Of a stretch of DNA of 64,000 nucleotides, positions 61,578-64,000 are shown piece after piece. The stretch is taken from NCBI GenBank assembly GCA_963792585.1, contig CAWBWI010000003.1:1216001-1280000 (forward strand), written 5' to 3'. Under the pieces are notes generated by a model. It had not been told where the DNA came from, ran no database searches, and saw only the letters and a list, made by a program, of their open reading frames with translations. A program made the position numbers and the translations under genes. The stretch's first letter is position 1. Each line of letters opens with the position of its first letter. The DNA is from Candidatus Eiseniibacteriota bacterium (GTDB lineage Bacteria > Eisenbacteria > RBG-16-71-46 > CAIMUX01 > VGJL01).

Positions 61578-64000
61578 TCAATCCATCAGGATCATCTTTC
61601 GTGCGGTCGCCTGTCCGGCCGCGCGGAGGCGATAGAAGTAGATCCCGCTGGCGGCCCGCCGATCCTCATCGTTGCGTCCGTCCCAGACAACAACGTGGGG
61701 ACCAGCATCGAGCGGCGAGGAAACCAGACGACGGACCACGCGCCCGGTGACGTCCAGGATCTCGAGTTCCGTCTGACATGCCTGTGGGAGCGAGAAGCTG
61801 ATCTGCGTTTGAGGCTGGAATGGGTTGGGCATGTTCTGGCTGAGTTGCAGGAACGCGCCACCGCTCACTGCAGATTCGATGACATCGGCAGGGGCAATGC
61901 AGGATTCGAGATAGAGCTGAGCGAAATCCACGCCGGTGTCGTCCGCGACGATCAGTCGCAACTGTCCGTCGGCCAGGAACGGCAGAAGGTTGATCGGTCC
62001 GGTAGCCGTTGGGAGGGCGGATAGATCCAGCAAGAAGGTTGCGGTCTGACCGGCGTTCCACGTTCCGCCGGCTCCCGGCAAGAGGCGAATCGCGCTGCCC
62101 CAGCCCGCCCACGTCGCCGGGCAGCTGGTCGGGTCGAGGAGCTCCAGCGCAATGATGTCATTGAAGGTGCCGCCACTGCCCAATCCGGTCGTACCGCGCA
62201 CCCGGACGGAGAGGAACGCACGTGTCGGCGGAGTGAAGGTGAACGTGTGGGCGATCCACGCGTTCGCGGGGACGCTGCCCTCACCCGGAATCTGATCGAA
62301 GTTTGCCAACGAGACACCCCAACAGCTCGCGATCCAACTCGTGAGGCCGGCGTCCGGCGATGCCGGGTCAGGCGTCACGAAGTTGTCGAACGCGCCGGCC
62401 AAGAGCTGATACTGGAGCGGCTGCGGGCAGGGAGGGCAGCAGCAGGCCGTCTCGAGCTCCATGTAGTCGATGTTGCAGTCATCTTGCGTGAGGATGTCCA
62501 GACTTCCCGTCGTCAAGAGCGGAAGGATGTTCACGGTGCCGGTTGCGGTTGGCAGCGCCGATAGATCGAGACAGATCGTCCGATCCGTTCCGTTCCATCC
62601 TGGGATCAGGTCCATGAGGTGGCGTCCCCAAGCCCACGTCCCCGTGCAACTTCCTGGAAGGCCGAGGCAAATGTAGTCGGTGGTGTACAAGCTGCTCTCC
62701 GAACGCAGCTTGATGCAGAGCTTTGCCGACTGGACACCCGTGGAGCAGGTGTTGCACAGATTGAAGCTCTGGGCAAACCAACGATCGGAGCCGGTCTGAT
62801 CGAAGTTCCGCAGGGGGGGATGCGTCGGCGCGCACGTGGCCATCCAGTTGGACAGCGCTGCGCTCGGCTGGGCAGCCTCGGATCCAACGTAGTTGTCTTT
62901 CGTCCCCGCGATCTGCGTCGAGAAGTACTTCCGCGGGCAGGTCTCCGGCGAACAACAGGTCGTGATATCCAGACGCACGAAATCGAAGTCCGTGTCGTCC
63001 TGTGAGAGGAACTCCAGGCTTCCGCTCGCCAGCAAAGGCAGGAGGTTGATCCCGCCAGGGAGATTCGCAAGGTCGAGGCAGAAGAGCTGTGATTCTCCGG
63101 TGGTCCATGTGCCCCCGTTGCCGGGGAGGTCCTTGACGAATGTCGAGAAGGCAGAGTGTGGAGCGACACCGCCGCAACCGGGTTGGTTGATCAACTTCAG
63201 GTTTATCGTATCGTTCGCAGGGTCGCTACCCAAGGCGGTAGCTCGGAAGCACAGGTTCGCCGCCAACACCTCGCAAGCGGGGAAATTGAACGTATGGAGC
63301 CGCCATCTGTTGATCGTTGCATCATCAAAACCGGCCGCCGCCAGATAGCCGGGGAAGCACTGTTGCATGAAGGCATTCAGAACGAGGTCCGGGCTCATGG
63401 GGTCGAACCCACCACCGAAGTTGTCATCTACGCCCGCAGTCACGGACGAAGCGAAGCCGGTCCCCGGACACCCGCCGCAAGTGTTGCACGTGAGTGTTCC
63501 CAGGTTGCCGTAGCACCGGCCCGAAGGCCACGGAACGGTCCAAGGTTGAGTGCAGGAGGGGCTCGTGATACTCCAGTAGGCCCCTGCATGAACGCCGGAA
63601 CATCCGGGGATACGTGTGCGGAACCTACCGAAGATGTCCGTGATCACGGACTTGGATCCGACGAGTCCTCCGTTGTCATGGAACTCCACAGTGGCCTTCG
63701 CGATCCTGAGCGGGGATCCGTCATCGCAAACAAGGCGGCCGCGCAGTTTCCTGAAGAGGGACAGGCCGAAGCTGGCGTCATACGGTTGGCCGAAGACGGT
63801 CTGACATGAAGTCCACTGTGGAAAGCCGAAGTAATCGCTGCGGAACTGGCTGTCGAGGCCCGTCACGGCCCCGGCCGCCAGGCGTCCCCACTGCGGTGGG
63901 TAGACATGGTCGTCCGCCTGGACGCTCAGCCAGTATCTCTGATCCGGCTCCAGGGGAACATCCACATCCGCCGCGTAACTGTAGAGCGGGAACGCTCCCT
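61578..64000 (-). CDS. Large protein with three tandem Cys-flanked domains and FlgD-Ig/T9SS-like tail (5' end outside window)
   Basis: Frame open to the window edge; three repeats of AG..DN(F/Y)..FD..W..(H/Q)(T/S)F..D.I.L..W...LDL..LP...N.LP.L..G.L....DD...D; tail QN.PNPF..DVTGR.VR..WDG..ASGIYFYRL. Confidence 0.85.
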   Translation of the reverse strand, partial: GAFPLYSYAADVDVPLEPDQRYWLSVQADDHVYPPQWGRLAAGAVTGLDSQFRSDYFGFPQWTSCQTVFGQPYDASFGLSLFRKLRGRLVCDDGSPLRIAKATVEFHDNGGLVGSKSVITDIFGRFRTRIPGCSGVHAGAYWSITSPSCTQPWTVPWPSGRCYGNLGTLTCNTCGGCPGTGFASSVTAGVDDNFGGGFDPMSPDLVLNAFMQQCFPGYLAAAGFDDATINRWRLHTFNFPACEVLAANLCFRATALGSDPANDTINLKLINQPGCGGVAPHSAFSTFVKDLPGNGGTWTTGESQLFCLDLANLPGGINLLPLLASGSLEFLSQDDTDFDFVRLDITTCCSPETCPRKYFSTQIAGTKDNYVGSEAAQPSAALSNWMATCAPTHPPLRNFDQTGSDRWFAQSFNLCNTCSTGVQSAKLCIKLRSESSLYTTDYICLGLPGSCTGTWAWGRHLMDLIPGWNGTDRTICLDLSALPTATGTVNILPLLTTGSLDILTQDDCNIDYMELETACCCPPCPQPLQYQLLAGAFDNFVTPDPASPDAGLTSWIASCWGVSLANFDQIPGEGSVPANAWIAHTFTFTPPTRAFLSVRVRGTTGLGSGGTFNDIIALELLDPTSCPATWAGWGSAIRLLPGAGGTWNAGQTATFLLDLSALPTATGPINLLPFLADGQLRLIVADDTGVDFAQLYLESCIAPADVIESAVSGGAFLQLSQNMPNPFQPQTQISFSLPQACQTELEILDVTGRVVRRLVSSPLDAGPHVVVWDGRNDEDRRAASGIYFYRLRAAGQATARKMILMD

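Noticed and set aside
1..64000. Many long overlapping or antisense ORFs (e.g. 45271..47922 -, 34410..36185 +, 1478..2692 -, 58329..59798 -)
   Set aside because: Shadow frames of well-supported genes in high-GC DNA, with no recognisable motifs.
1..64000. CRISPR array, prophage, retron or diversity-generating retroelement
   Set aside because: No regularly spaced repeats and no cas, phage structural or reverse transcriptase genes. The visible repeats are protein repeats.

Overview
High-GC bacterial window with four zones. (1) 1-9.7 kb is core genome: the end of the spc/alpha ribosomal operon (adk, map, rpmJ, rpsM, rpsK, rpsD, rpoA, rplQ; infA absent), a GHL10-type hydrolase, a methyltransferase, MarR, moaA, prmA and tRNA-Asn(GTT). 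(2) 9.7-40.5 kb is an accessory region starting at the tRNA. It holds an hsdM fragment, IS-end-like motifs, two degenerate tRNA-3'-end (att-like) relics, large secreted LVIVD and FG-GAP proteins with FlgD-Ig/T9SS-like C-terminal domains, a GH3 gene and an apparent GH29-DUF4838 fusion. (3) 40.5-55.1 kb is a chemosensory island: porin / small periplasmic binding protein / MCP, a stand-alone hemerythrin, and cheA-W-mcp-R-D-Y-X-B-HDOD, with three sigma-28-like promoters sharing a 16-nt spacer. (4) 55-64 kb has more secreted proteins, an SDR and a DUF438 pair. Three otherwise different secreted proteins share a short C-terminal P-[TS]-P-x4-TWG-x-[ILV]-[KR]-x2-Y motif, a candidate sorting signal. 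Single-base indels, including one in essential rpoA, point to long-read consensus errors. The gene style suggests an FCB-associated lineage such as Eisenbacteria, Krumholzibacteriota or Latescibacterota (inference only). All family assignments are from motif recognition by eye; no searches were run.
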